A stretch of 64,000 nucleotides of DNA from Candidatus Cloacimonadales bacterium (GCA_963665815.1 OY762463.1:2720001-2784000); one strand, 5' to 3'. Shown: positions 27,997 through 39,187, counted from the stretch's first letter. Program-made: numbers and translations. The notes: generated by a model not told the origin, from the letters alone.

Positions 27997-30208
27997 TTGA
28001 TCTCCATTTTTGTATCAGGCTTTTTACAGCAGTTTTAATCTTTTCGGCTTTCTCAGGGAAACAATATGCAAGATACTTAACCTTTGAAAACAAGATAAAT
28101 ATAATTGATAACAAAATCAAAATATTCTGTAGAAATGTCCACACCTTATTATCGTGATGTATAATTCTGAAATTAATATTATGATTACCGGGGTTAACAG
28201 GAAAACCTACCAGACAGTGATTAACAGGGATGTACCCTGAATTTTTTCCATCAACTCTCAACGAATATAATCCTTCAAAATAGTTTTTCGCCAGAACAAC
28301 AAATGCAGTGTCTTTAACATTTATCTCAAAGGAAACAGAATTTTCTACCAGCTTAATATCTTTAATATCTACACTGTCTGAATAACTTCTGCAGTATAAA
28401 GAATCATTCACAACAAAAGCTCTTTCGGCAATATTATCCGTAAAGACAAGACTATCGAGTACATCATCAACAGAATTACAGTTTACAAGCTCTGTAACTA
28501 TTCTTACAATAGGCAGTCTGTCCGTATTTTCATACATAATCAGTTCATTTTCTCTGTCATACTCAACATATTTCAGGTTTTGAAGTTTCAATTTCATGTT
28601 GAACAGGATATACTTCACATTTAGCATGTTTATAATATTCCAGTTGAAGGGGTCTCCGGTAATTCTTTGTTTATCAACCAGCTTTTCTGTTACTCTTCTG
28701 TATCGGGATGAAATAAAATCAGTATTACCATTCAACATTTTGAGATGATCAGCTCGAGGATCACTGTAAAAATCCTTTCCCGGATAAAAGAAATATCCAT
28801 CCTCTGTGTTATAGCCCTCAAGTTTACTGCTATGGAATACTAATTCTTCATCTCTTGAACTGTCCCTATTATCCAGATTGTAATTGACATTCATGAAAAG
28901 GAATTCAGAGAAGATTACAACTGCACACAATAAAAGAAGCAGAGATCCGGGTATTTTTCTGTGAATAAATGCAAACAATCCCAGAAGCATAATACATGAA
29001 ACCGGATAGAAAAAAAGTGAATTTCTGAATATCAAACCGTTTACCGTGGTTTCACTTACAAATAGATATGAAATCAGATTAAGTATGAAAAATCCAACAA
29101 TAACAGCTGCTGAGATAAGAATACTCATTGGCTTTGCGATAATCACATAGTTATTGCTGAGATCTGAAAACCAGTCATTGATATAAAATATCAGTAATAA
29201 ACCGCAAAATAGAAATAACTCACTTGCTGAATGACTTTCCGTTTTTATGTTAATAACAAAATTTACAACAATTAGTATCGAAATGTAAAGAAGTGGTTTT
29301 ACAGATTTCTTGAATGATGTCAGAGAATACACAAGCAGTAAAGTAAATAAAAGTAAAGATATTCCTACCCCTGAGGTTATACTGAATAGAGCTTTCAAGT
29401 TCAGAGGTAAATTGATCAGTGAATATACTTTCTCAGACATACTGTTAACCTGGTTAACTCCATTGAATACAAAATGTACTAATTCCAATTGTTTAATGGT
29501 TATAGAATTCTTTGACCATGTAATTATGAGATTAGGGAGAATAACCAATACCGACAGAAAATAGAAGCCCAGCTTTTTTAGATATACCTTCATTCTCTTT
29601 TTTCTCAGTGAATCGACAGAATTCCAGAGAATTGCAATCAGTGAAAAAGATATTGTGAATATTGAAATTCTGACGTTATTGGAATAAGCAGTTAAGATGA
29701 AATTGAACAGGAAGAACCCCATCCTCGTAAGTGAAAACTTACTTATATAAAGATAGAGAGAAAGAATAAACCATGGTAGAAAAGCAGCAGATTCAACCAG
29801 AATCATATTTTCCTGTTTTAATAGCGGAAGAACATAAAGAAGCAGATACATTATTCCCAGTAAAACAGCAATTACAGAATCCCTTGATTTCAGACTGACT
29901 ATTGTATAAACACCGAATACTGCCAATACCGGTAATATCCATTGAGCCCCAAAACAATTGATAATACCTGTTATTATCGAGTTGATTGACATCACCCCAT
30001 CATTAACACTTATTAAATCAGGAGTACCGAAAAAGGAATTATCATTCCAGTTACTGCTTGTTATGCTGTTGTCTGTATTCTGACAGCTGAACAGAATATT
30101 TTTATTGGTTTCAGAAGCAAAAAACAGAGTTATCGTCATCAGTATAAGAAGACATACTGCATGCTTTATTGATCTGTTTCTTACTTCCGAATCATAGATG
30201 AATTTCAT
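27983..30208 (-). CDS. YfhO-like polytopic membrane protein (GT-C type)
   Basis: Many TM helices; C-terminal MLNVKYI...YEN...PVNHCLVG...PGNH pattern. Confidence 0.6.
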   Translation of the reverse strand: MKFIYDSEVRNRSIKHAVCLLILMTITLFFASETNKNILFSCQNTDNSITSSNWNDNSFFGTPDLISVNDGVMSINSIITGIINCFGAQWILPVLAVFGVYTIVSLKSRDSVIAVLLGIMYLLLYVLPLLKQENMILVESAAFLPWFILSLYLYISKFSLTRMGFFLFNFILTAYSNNVRISIFTISFSLIAILWNSVDSLRKKRMKVYLKKLGFYFLSVLVILPNLIITWSKNSITIKQLELVHFVFNGVNQVNSMSEKVYSLINLPLNLKALFSITSGVGISLLLFTLLLVYSLTSFKKSVKPLLYISILIVVNFVINIKTESHSASELFLFCGLLLIFYINDWFSDLSNNYVIIAKPMSILISAAVIVGFFILNLISYLFVSETTVNGLIFRNSLFFYPVSCIMLLGLFAFIHRKIPGSLLLLLCAVVIFSEFLFMNVNYNLDNRDSSRDEELVFHSSKLEGYNTEDGYFFYPGKDFYSDPRADHLKMLNGNTDFISSRYRRVTEKLVDKQRITGDPFNWNIINMLNVKYILFNMKLKLQNLKYVEYDRENELIMYENTDRLPIVRIVTELVNCNSVDDVLDSLVFTDNIAERAFVVNDSLYCRSYSDSVDIKDIKLVENSVSFEINVKDTAFVVLAKNYFEGLYSLRVDGKNSGYIPVNHCLVGFPVNPGNHNINFRIIHHDNKVWTFLQNILILLSIIFILFSKVKYLAYCFPEKAEKIKTAVKSLIQKWRSNGKT

Positions 30209-30384
30209 AATTTGCGAATTATCCTGAATATAGTTTATATGTCAATAAACCATTAACAATTGCAAAAGCAAAGAAATTTCTTGAATAAAATAAATCATAA
30301 TTATTTATGACTTTAAGAGATCTTTAACGTGTGAGTAATTGATATTCTGCATTAGAAAGATCTTAATAAGAAACAGGAATACAG

Positions 30385-30879
30385 ATGAAAAAAGTCCTAA
30401 TTTTGATTTTTGTACTGTTATCAGTATATTGCTATAGTTTCGAAACAGGAAAGAATCCAAAACTTTCTGCCGTGTTGTCTCTCAGTTTACCGGGTGGAGG
30501 ACAATTCTATAATGAAAAACCGTGGAAAGGAGCTCTTGCCGTTGGTATAGAGTCTTTTCTGATATATAAGATGATTGATACGGGAAACTTTATTGATGAC
30601 TTGAAATCAGATATCAGAAAATATGAAAATATACTGGCAGAAGGTAATCTTTCCGATGATCAGATAACAATGTACAAAGTTATGATAGAAGGAAAAAGAG
30701 CTAAATATAATAGAAACAAAAACCGACAGGATAATCATTACTGGTGGATGGGAGGAACAATATTCCTTTCAGTAATTGATGCTTATGTTGATGCTCATTT
30801 GTACAACTACAACGAAAAAAAGAGAAATCTCCGGTTGAACTTTTCAGCAAACTCCGTTAGTTTATCTTATAGTTTCTGA
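30385..30879 (+). CDS. DUF5683-like secreted/membrane protein
   Basis: Signal peptide; SAVLSLSLPGGGQFYN...SVIDAYVDAHL. Confidence 0.7.
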   Translation: MKKVLILIFVLLSVYCYSFETGKNPKLSAVLSLSLPGGGQFYNEKPWKGALAVGIESFLIYKMIDTGNFIDDLKSDIRKYENILAEGNLSDDQITMYKVMIEGKRAKYNRNKNRQDNHYWWMGGTIFLSVIDAYVDAHLYNYNEKKRNLRLNFSANSVSLSYSF

Positions 30880-30955
30880 CTCAGTAGCTAAGATGGAATA
30901 CTTTTTGCTTTAATAAACGTTAAATAACACAAAAATAACATATATGGGGAAGGAT

Positions 30956-33268
30956 ATGAAACGTTATTTACTATTAATAGTGGCAATTGCTGTATCAACA
31001 GCATTATTTTCTGCTTATTTCGAGAACATACCAAAAACGCTTGAGCAGCCGGATGGTACAAAATTCAAATGTTTTATTTCAGGAGACGAGTTTTTTAACA
31101 GATACCATGATGAAAATGGTTACACAATAATCAGAGGAAAAGAAGGCTTCTTCTGTTATGCTGTTAAAAATGGAGAAAATATTGTGGCATCCGATTATAT
31201 TGTTGGTTCTGTAAATCCGCAATCTGTTGGAATATCACCTGATGTAATTATTTCGCCTGAAGAGTATCAAGCCAGACGTGACAGATTTTATGCACCAACC
31301 ATAATTGAAAGAAATGAGCGTCCGGCAGATGATCACATTAACAATATCGTTGTATTTATCAGATTCAGCGATCAGACAGAATTTGATACACCATTATCTA
31401 CATTCGACACAAATTTCAATGATACAACTACTGTTTCTTTAAGAGATTACTATCGTGAAGTTACTTATGGACAGCTTGAAGTTACCAGTACATATTATCC
31501 TGTACCGACAGGCAGTACAGTATTGTCTTACCAGGATACACATTCCAGAGATTACTTTATGCCTTATGATTCCAATACAAACACAAATGGATACCAGAAT
31601 GATCAAGAAAAGACATCGCGAGAGCACAATCTTCTCAGGGATGCTGTTAATACTGTAAGTTCTCAGATTCCAACCAGCTTGAATCTGGATTATAATAATG
31701 ATAATCTTGTAGATAATGTCTGCTTCATCGTCAGAGGTGATCAGGAAGGTTGGGCAGATCTTCTTTGGGCTCACAGATGGTCACTGTACTCCCATGATGT
31801 ATTTATCAATGGAAAGAGAGTTTTTGACTATACATTCCAGCCTGAGCCTCAATCATCTGTAAATACACTTTGTCATGAGATGTTCCATGTACTATCAGCA
31901 CCCGATCTTTATCATTATAATTATGATGGATTTACTCCTGTTGGACCATGGGATTTGATGTCCAGCGGTTTCGGTCATATGATGGCATATATGAAATACA
32001 GATACGGTGGATGGATTGACAATATTCCTGTAATAAACTCTGGCACACACACATTATACCCACTTACATCTGAAACAAATAATTGTTTCAGAATTAACAA
32101 TGAATTTGACAGCAATGAGTACTTCATTGTAGAATACAGATCTGAGCTTCCGGGTACATACGAGCAGAATTGTCCTCAATCCGGTATGCTTGTTTACAGA
32201 ATCGATACTGATCACGATGGAGATGGTAATGCCTATGGTGGCGATGAAGTATATGTATTCAGATACAACGGAACAACAAATGATGATGGTAATATTTATG
32301 ATGCAGTACTCTCAACTGATAATGGAAGAACTGAAATTCATAATACAACTAATCCGAATATGTATCTTTCATATGGACTGCCTTCCGGTATACATATATA
32401 CAACGTTCAGGATTATGGAGATTCACTGACTTTCATACTGAATCCTTCAACATCTAACATCTCCGGAACAGTCTCAGTGGACAGTAATCTCGGAAATCTT
32501 TCGGATGTTGAACTTCATATTGGTTCATACACTGTTCCTGTACAGCCTAACGGTTCATATTCCTGTGATGTATACACAGGGAACTATAATATAATTGCAT
32601 CTCTTAATGGTTTTGCTACTTTTTCAACCAGCGTTGATGTCGCTCCATCACAGCAGGTTACACAGGATATTACAATGAACATTCTACCTTATCCTGATCA
32701 GTTTAACCATTACATAGATAATGGAACTCTGAGAATTGAATGGACGATGTCAGATGTAATGCCGGATGATTTTACAAATTACTTTGCAGTTATTTATATG
32801 AATGATATGGGCGAAACATTGAGATCAAACATTTATGATCAATTTCTGGAATTCAATGTTTCAACATCTTTCTTTGACAGTATTTCTGTTGAAATAAAAG
32901 CTCAATACACTACCGGAGACAGTTATTTTTCTGACAGATACTCCTGGTATCTTTTAACAGATAATAATCAGAGCAATGTTCCTGTGTATAAAACAGGACT
33001 AATTTCAAACTATCCGAATCCGTTTAATCCGGAAACAACAATTAAGTATTCCTTGGCAGAGAAAAGCAATGCTACTATAGATATTTACAATATCATCGGT
33101 CAGAAAGTAAAATCCTTTGACAAAGGAACACTTAAAGCCGGAGAACATGAAGTTAAATGGATGGGTGATAACTCAAACGGAAAATCAGTTTCCAGTGGAA
33201 TGTACTTCTATAAACTGAATGTTGACGGGAAAACAAAAGACATAAAGAAAATGATGCTACTTAAATAG
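30956..33268 (+). CDS. M6 family (immune inhibitor A-like) metalloprotease with FlgD-Ig/T9SS-type CTD
   Basis: QPDG propeptide, HEMFH...PDLY, WDLMSSG, EYFIVEYR; NYPNPFNPET...KMMLLK. Confidence 0.9.
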   Translation: MKRYLLLIVAIAVSTALFSAYFENIPKTLEQPDGTKFKCFISGDEFFNRYHDENGYTIIRGKEGFFCYAVKNGENIVASDYIVGSVNPQSVGISPDVIISPEEYQARRDRFYAPTIIERNERPADDHINNIVVFIRFSDQTEFDTPLSTFDTNFNDTTTVSLRDYYREVTYGQLEVTSTYYPVPTGSTVLSYQDTHSRDYFMPYDSNTNTNGYQNDQEKTSREHNLLRDAVNTVSSQIPTSLNLDYNNDNLVDNVCFIVRGDQEGWADLLWAHRWSLYSHDVFINGKRVFDYTFQPEPQSSVNTLCHEMFHVLSAPDLYHYNYDGFTPVGPWDLMSSGFGHMMAYMKYRYGGWIDNIPVINSGTHTLYPLTSETNNCFRINNEFDSNEYFIVEYRSELPGTYEQNCPQSGMLVYRIDTDHDGDGNAYGGDEVYVFRYNGTTNDDGNIYDAVLSTDNGRTEIHNTTNPNMYLSYGLPSGIHIYNVQDYGDSLTFILNPSTSNISGTVSVDSNLGNLSDVELHIGSYTVPVQPNGSYSCDVYTGNYNIIASLNGFATFSTSVDVAPSQQVTQDITMNILPYPDQFNHYIDNGTLRIEWTMSDVMPDDFTNYFAVIYMNDMGETLRSNIYDQFLEFNVSTSFFDSISVEIKAQYTTGDSYFSDRYSWYLLTDNNQSNVPVYKTGLISNYPNPFNPETTIKYSLAEKSNATIDIYNIIGQKVKSFDKGTLKAGEHEVKWMGDNSNGKSVSSGMYFYKLNVDGKTKDIKKMMLLK

Positions 33269-33298
33269 AAGAATCTGATTCAAAACTTATAATAAACT

Positions 33299-33328
33299 AA
33301 GGCTGTTGATTGTATCTTCAGCCTTTTT
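33299..33328 (+). terminator. Intrinsic terminator
   Basis: AAGGCTG...CAGCCTT plus T run. Confidence 0.7.
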
Positions 33329-33482
33329 CTTTTTGTTTCCAAACACATATTAGTATTCACAAAGCCAGTTCGTACACCATATTGCAGTGAAATAGGATTA
33401 TCTTTGAACTATACAATTTTTTTCGAAGGTTATGGCAGTTTTCAATGTATTACATAGTAAATGAAGAAAACAGGAGATTATT

Positions 33483-35069
33483 ATGATACAAGAAAAAATC
33501 AAAATTTTAACATTGGCTGCGATGATACTGCTTTTCTCACTACTGTATGCAGAGAGACCGGTTAACCTTTCTTATCCCATTGTAGATACAGGGCAAACGT
33601 TATGCTATAATGATACAGATGAAATAGCTTCTCCTGTTGCCGGAAGTGCTTTCTATGGTCAAGATGCTCAATACTCAGGCAATCAACCATCATATACGGA
33701 CAATAATGATGGAACTACAACTGATAATATTACCGGTTTAATGTGGACAAAGAGCCCTGATATAAATCATGATGGTTTGATAAATGTGTCAGATAAACTT
33801 ACTCAGCCGGAAGCTGTTGCCAGTGCGGATACTCTGACAGCTTCAGGATATACTGACTGGAGACTGCCAACAATTAAAGAACTGTATTCTTTGATATTGT
33901 TCAGCGGATTGGATTGCAGCGGATATAATGGAAATAATCAAGACGATTTAACTCCTTTTATTGATACTAACTATTTCGATTTCGGATATGGAGATGAAAA
34001 TTCAGGAGAGAGAATTATTGATGCTCAATTTGCTACATCTACAATATATACAGGCACAACCATGGGGGGAAATCAGACAATGTTTGGAGTTAACTTTGCA
34101 GATGGCAGAATCAAGGGATATCCGGTTTACGTAGCTCAGGAAAATGAATACAAAACTTTTTATGTATATTATGTTCGAGGTGATTCTACATATGGAACTA
34201 ATAATTACAATGACAATGGAAATGGCACTGTAACAGATGTCGCAACAGGACTGATGTGGCAGCAGAATGACAGTGGAACAGGAATGAACTGGGAAGATGC
34301 ACTTGAATGGGTACAGACAAAAAATAGTGAAAACTATCTGGGATATAATGACTGGAGATTACCTGATGTAAAAGAATTGCAGAGTATTGTGGATTATTCA
34401 AGATCTCTCAGTGAAACTAATTCTGCAGCAATTGACACAATGTTTAATTGTACGGCAATCACAGATGAAGGAAACACCCAGAACTATCCTTTTTATTGGA
34501 GCAGTACAACTCATGCGAATATGATAAACGGTGGTTATGCAGCCTATGTAGCATTTGGAGAAGCTCTCGGATTCATGGAAATGCCTCCAAACTCAGGGAA
34601 TTATCAACTTATGGATGTTCATGGAGCAGGGGCTCAGAGAAGTGACCCTAAAACCGGTAATCCTGATGATTATCCATTTGGACATGGACCTCAGGGAGAT
34701 GTAATCAGAATCAATAACTATGTTCGCTTAGTTAGAAATACAGACAATACTGAAATTGATGGCACTAAGTATGAAACTCCTTCATACCAAGGAGAAGCTT
34801 ATTTAGAAAAATGCTATCCGAATCCATTTAATCCGGAAACAAGTATAGAATATTCTGTAAAGAACAATACTGAAGTGGAAATTTATATCTTCAATATAAA
34901 AGGTCAAAAGGTTAAGACTCTGGTTGAAAAATCAGCTTCAGCAGGTGATCACAAAGTTGTGTGGCATGGGAAATCTGATTCCGGCAAAGCAGTTTCTTCC
35001 GGAGTATATTTTGTAAAGTTAGTGACAGGAAACCATATAGAAACACGCAAGATCGTTCTCATGAAATAA
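33483..35069 (+). CDS. DUF1566 (Lcl C-lectin-like) tandem-domain secreted protein with FlgD-Ig/T9SS-type CTD
   Basis: Two DNxDGTxTDxxTGLMW...GYxDWRLPxxKEL blocks; YPNPFNPET. Confidence 0.88.
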   Translation: MIQEKIKILTLAAMILLFSLLYAERPVNLSYPIVDTGQTLCYNDTDEIASPVAGSAFYGQDAQYSGNQPSYTDNNDGTTTDNITGLMWTKSPDINHDGLINVSDKLTQPEAVASADTLTASGYTDWRLPTIKELYSLILFSGLDCSGYNGNNQDDLTPFIDTNYFDFGYGDENSGERIIDAQFATSTIYTGTTMGGNQTMFGVNFADGRIKGYPVYVAQENEYKTFYVYYVRGDSTYGTNNYNDNGNGTVTDVATGLMWQQNDSGTGMNWEDALEWVQTKNSENYLGYNDWRLPDVKELQSIVDYSRSLSETNSAAIDTMFNCTAITDEGNTQNYPFYWSSTTHANMINGGYAAYVAFGEALGFMEMPPNSGNYQLMDVHGAGAQRSDPKTGNPDDYPFGHGPQGDVIRINNYVRLVRNTDNTEIDGTKYETPSYQGEAYLEKCYPNPFNPETSIEYSVKNNTEVEIYIFNIKGQKVKTLVEKSASAGDHKVVWHGKSDSGKAVSSGVYFVKLVTGNHIETRKIVLMK

Positions 35070-35074
35070 TATCT

Positions 35075-35099
35075 TAAATACCTTTCGCATACACTCTCC
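35075..35099 (-). repeat. 25-bp duplicate of the RBS and first codons of the TonB-domain gene (paralog remnant)
   Basis: TAAATACCTTTCGCATACACTCTCC is identical at 35075-35099 and 36088-36112. Confidence 0.85.
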
Positions 35100-35248
35100 G
35101 TTAGTGATAATACATATGTTTTTCTCAACATACTGAAAATCATAGAAAAAGATTTTAAATACGTAACAATGATTATTGTTCCCTACAGATTAACATCCTT
35201 GATGTTCAGCCAATATATGCCCCCGACATGAATCGGGGGACTAATTAT

Positions 35249-36103
35249 CTATTTCAGGGAAAAAAACAGGGCAAATTCTAACCAGACGGCTACTGGTTCC
35301 CCTTTGAACTTAGCAGGAGTATATTTAAACTGCTTAACTGCTTTTACAGCTGCCTGATCTATGCCTTCAGGTCCCGGCATAAGTGATTTTATTACTTTAA
35401 CTTCTCCAACAGTACCATCTTCGCATATTTCAACTCTTAATCCAACAGATCCCTCTATCCCTAACTCTTTAGCCAGCTTTGGATATTCAGATTTAACATG
35501 ATGTACCAGTTTTGGAGGATCTTCATCCATTACATTTCCGGATGTTTTTTTTCTATGCAGTCTTACATCAACTATTGCCCACCCATTCACGGGTACATTC
35601 AATACTGTTACAGGCTTGAATTCATATTTTTTTACAGCTTCTATTGCTTTCTCATCAATTCCACCAGGGCTGTTATCTACTGATTCTTTAACCAGAACTC
35701 GTTCTATTTTACCGGTTTTCATTACTTCTACCTGAAGCTTTACTATAGTATCTTTTGAATAGTTATCAATTGATTCAGGAAAATCGGGTATAATTTTTTT
35801 GGTAATTACTGCTGCTTTCCCATAAGATTTCAGATTTGAGTCAGTATTGAATAAAAGGGCTACTAATTCATCAAAGCTTCTGTCTTTAAGTTCTTCATCG
35901 GAAAACTTACTTGATAATTCATTTTTGATAATTTTTTTTAACATTTCTTCTTTTGCTGCAGTATCATACTTCTGTGGTCGTTTCTGTAGCTGTGACATCA
36001 TTTTTTTACACTCGGATTTTTGCTTTTCCTGCGGTGTTGAAGCACAAGCTGTTAATAAAGCAAACAGCCAAAGAATTGCAAAAATTCTAAATACCTTTCG
36101 CAT
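35249..36103 (-). CDS. Lipoprotein with two TonB C-terminal domains
   Basis: Lipobox LTAC; two repeats of V...G.(I/V)..V.V..S...GID..A..AVK...F/Y.P...PV..W. Confidence 0.85.
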   Translation of the reverse strand: MRKVFRIFAILWLFALLTACASTPQEKQKSECKKMMSQLQKRPQKYDTAAKEEMLKKIIKNELSSKFSDEELKDRSFDELVALLFNTDSNLKSYGKAAVITKKIIPDFPESIDNYSKDTIVKLQVEVMKTGKIERVLVKESVDNSPGGIDEKAIEAVKKYEFKPVTVLNVPVNGWAIVDVRLHRKKTSGNVMDEDPPKLVHHVKSEYPKLAKELGIEGSVGLRVEICEDGTVGEVKVIKSLMPGPEGIDQAAVKAVKQFKYTPAKFKGEPVAVWLEFALFFSLK

Positions 36104-36233
36104 ACACTCTCCTTTTACATTATATCTTTAACACATTATAATTAGTACTATTCAAATTTATAGACAACCCTTGCGAAGGTCTTTCGACCACTCACAAGGG
36201 TTTTAGTGCCCCCTTTTTTAAGGGGCAAATATT

Positions 36234-38267
36234 TTATTCAGGCACAGTCATTCCAAGCTGATCCATAACAAATGCCATTTCCTCAGCATGCTGTTTAAAC
36301 ATTATAGTCTGAGTTGTACCACCACCATGACCTGATGAATCTTTCACAAGCAGATAGATCGGATTATCCGAAGTATTCTTTTCCTGCAGAAGAGCTGTCA
36401 GTTTTCTGGCATGGAACGGATCCACTCTGGCATCGTTGATACCTGTTGTAATCATTGTTGCAGGATATTTCTCGTTATCTCTCACATTGTGGTATGGGGA
36501 ATATTTAAGGATATACTCGAATTGCTCCGGATTGTCTGCATTTCCGTATTCCTCTGTCCATATATTAGCAATACTGGAATGGTGATAACGGATCATATCA
36601 AGAAGAGGTACAGCACATAAAGCAGCCTTCATAAGATCAGGTCGCTGAGTAACAATTGCACCGATCAGCAGACCTCCGTTACTGCCACCATGAACAGCAA
36701 GTTTTTCAGGACAGGTGTACTTGTTTTCTATCAGCCATTCTGCTGCTGCAATAAAGTCATCGAATACATTCTGCTTTTTATCATGCATTCCGGCTCTATG
36801 CCATTCTTCTCCGAATTCTCCACCCCCACGCAGATTTGCCACAACGTATACTCCACCAGCCTGCAGCCAGAGAGCTTTAGAAGTTGAGAAGCCCGGTTCA
36901 AGACTTACGTTAAATCCACCATACCCGTATAGTTGGGTGGGATTATTTCCATTCAGAACAATATCTTTGTTATGAATGATAAACATTGGGATTTCTGTTC
37001 CGTCTTTAGATTTATACCATATCTGTTTTGTTGTCATATTAGAATAATCAATCTTGATATCAGGCTGGAAGAATACTTCGAGTTTATTCGAGTCAAAATT
37101 ATATTCAAAAGTTGTTCCGGGGTAAGTGAATGATGAGAACCATACCCAGATTGTTCCTCCGTCAGGTTTTCCCCAGACAGACGCTGCTCCGGTATCCGGC
37201 AGTGCAATATTCTTAATGAAAGTTCCATCAAGCTCATAAATCCGGATCTCTGTCTGTACATTCTTCATGTAAGTAACGTACAGTTTTCCATTGATGATAG
37301 CGAAAGAATCAATCTTGAATTTTTTCTCAGGTATCAATTCTTTCCAGTTTTCTTTTCCAGGATTTGCCGTAGAAGTAACAAATACTTTCCTGTTTGGAGC
37401 ATTTTTATTTGTAACAATATAGAGTTTATCCTCGAAATAGTAAACACCATACTCACAATCGAAATCATCTGAAACAGCCATTTTGTTTCCGGAGTTAAAC
37501 TCTTCGATCCAGACTGCATTTTTATAGAATACACCTTTGTTATAGAAAAGATACTTATTGTCATGAGAGAGACTTACACTGCACCAGGTTTCTTTTACAT
37601 CATCTTTGAAAATCTCAATATCCTCAGAGGAATCTGTACCGAGTTTATGCAGATATACTTTTCTCCAGTAGAACTCCTCTCCGGCAGGAACTTCACCCTT
37701 AAGAGGATTAGATACATAGTAGAAACCACTATTATCAGGCAGCCAGCTCGTAATATACTGCTTCCATCCCTTTACCGTGTCGCTGTGGTGATTTCCGTCA
37801 GCAATATCCATAATCTTGATAACCGGAGCTTCATTACCCCCTTTGGCTACACCATAGGCAAGCATTGTTCCATCCTGAGTCGGAACCCAGAATGCCAGTG
37901 TTTCGTCTTCTGCCCAGTCGTTCGGATTGATCAGAATACGCATTTCCGCTTCACTATTGTCTGCTGTATAGAGCACCCATTTCTCTTCGTCTTTTTTCTT
38001 TTGTGACTGGAAAATTCTGTCACTTTTTCTCAGTGTTCTTAAGGAACTCACCTGATCGTATTTTGCATTTTCATTCAGTTTATGAAAAAGCCATTCATTC
38101 TGTGGGAGCTTTGAAGTGTATTCTTTTGTAAAATCGTTCTGAGCCTTATCCCAGGCTTTTACTTCTTCGCTGTTATTGTCTTCAAGCCATCTGTAGTTAT
38201 CAACCAGTTCTACACCATGAAGTACATCTTTTACAGCCTCTTTGCGAGTGTTTGGATATTTATACAT
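36234..38267 (-). CDS. Prolyl oligopeptidase (S9A)
   Basis: DNYRWLE, YGYGGF, GGSNGG nucleophile, NDARV, SGHG. Confidence 0.95.
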   Translation of the reverse strand: MYKYPNTRKEAVKDVLHGVELVDNYRWLEDNNSEEVKAWDKAQNDFTKEYTSKLPQNEWLFHKLNENAKYDQVSSLRTLRKSDRIFQSQKKKDEEKWVLYTADNSEAEMRILINPNDWAEDETLAFWVPTQDGTMLAYGVAKGGNEAPVIKIMDIADGNHHSDTVKGWKQYITSWLPDNSGFYYVSNPLKGEVPAGEEFYWRKVYLHKLGTDSSEDIEIFKDDVKETWCSVSLSHDNKYLFYNKGVFYKNAVWIEEFNSGNKMAVSDDFDCEYGVYYFEDKLYIVTNKNAPNRKVFVTSTANPGKENWKELIPEKKFKIDSFAIINGKLYVTYMKNVQTEIRIYELDGTFIKNIALPDTGAASVWGKPDGGTIWVWFSSFTYPGTTFEYNFDSNKLEVFFQPDIKIDYSNMTTKQIWYKSKDGTEIPMFIIHNKDIVLNGNNPTQLYGYGGFNVSLEPGFSTSKALWLQAGGVYVVANLRGGGEFGEEWHRAGMHDKKQNVFDDFIAAAEWLIENKYTCPEKLAVHGGSNGGLLIGAIVTQRPDLMKAALCAVPLLDMIRYHHSSIANIWTEEYGNADNPEQFEYILKYSPYHNVRDNEKYPATMITTGINDARVDPFHARKLTALLQEKNTSDNPIYLLVKDSSGHGGGTTQTIMFKQHAEEMAFVMDQLGMTVPE

Positions 38268-38469
38268 AGATTCTCCTTTGTTTCGATAAAATTTTCCTAT
38301 TATCTGACTTTTTGAGTGAATTGAAAATAGTTGTCAATGTTTCATTTATTGACACAAAATACTATCACAACAGCATGTGTGTTGTGTACTAAATTTAAAA
38401 ATTATTGTCTTAATGAAAAAACAATGACTACAATTGATTATCCAGTATATTCTTTAAATAGGAGCATGA

Positions 38470-39042
38470 ATGAAAATTAAAAATATTAACCTTGATATTC
38501 ATAAGGAAAATCCGTTAATGAATCTGTTTCTGGATTTTTCCGGACTTAAACGACTTTACAGACAAGGGTGGTTGCAGAATGGTATCAATGAAAATATATG
38601 TGAATCTGTAGCCGAACATTCCTTTTCCACAGCTCTTACCGCGTGGATGCTTGCTACAGAATACTTCCCGAAGCTTGACAGCAATAAAGTGCTTCAGCTT
38701 GCTATTGTACATGATCTGGGAGAGATCCATGCCGGTGATTTCACACCATCTCACAATATTGATGCAAAAGATAAATCAAGTCGTGAACAGGAATCTGTAA
38801 AAAAAACATTTCAGCATATGAAGACTGGCAGAATGTTTATTGATCTCTGGAAAGAATATGAGGAAGAAAGCAGTCCTGAAGCTGTCTTCGTCAAACAGAT
38901 TGATAAAATCGAGATGATCTTACAGGCAGTAGTTTATGAGCACACAACCGGAATTAATTTAAGCAGTTTCAAAGATAGTATCGACCTGATAAAAAATAGT
39001 AATTTGAGAAAAATGATACGTGAAATTCTGGATAGCCTGTAA
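38470..39042 (+). CDS. HD-domain phosphohydrolase (YfbR/HDDC2-like 5'-deoxynucleotidase)
   Basis: LKRLYRQGW, ESVAEHS, VHDLGE, GD, DKIE. Confidence 0.88.
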   Translation: MKIKNINLDIHKENPLMNLFLDFSGLKRLYRQGWLQNGINENICESVAEHSFSTALTAWMLATEYFPKLDSNKVLQLAIVHDLGEIHAGDFTPSHNIDAKDKSSREQESVKKTFQHMKTGRMFIDLWKEYEEESSPEAVFVKQIDKIEMILQAVVYEHTTGINLSSFKDSIDLIKNSNLRKMIREILDSL

Positions 39043-39187
39043 TCAGAAATAGCTGTTTTCTGAAAAATATAATTGTCAAAAAGTTTGAAAATACTGTTAA
39101 TGTCCTTTACGATATTTTTTATAAAATAATGATAGCTGTGCACTATCTGAGAATTTTGCATAGCTTCACAACATATTTGGAGATATT

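Noticed and set aside
33483-35069. DUF1566 protein as a diversity-generating retroelement target
   Set aside because: No reverse transcriptase and no adenine-variant template repeat seen in the window; the gene ends in a sorting domain rather than a variable region
38366-38386. CACAACA...TGTTGTG palindrome as an NrdR-like box upstream of the HD hydrolase
   Set aside because: Only a partial match to the consensus, and no clear tandem second box
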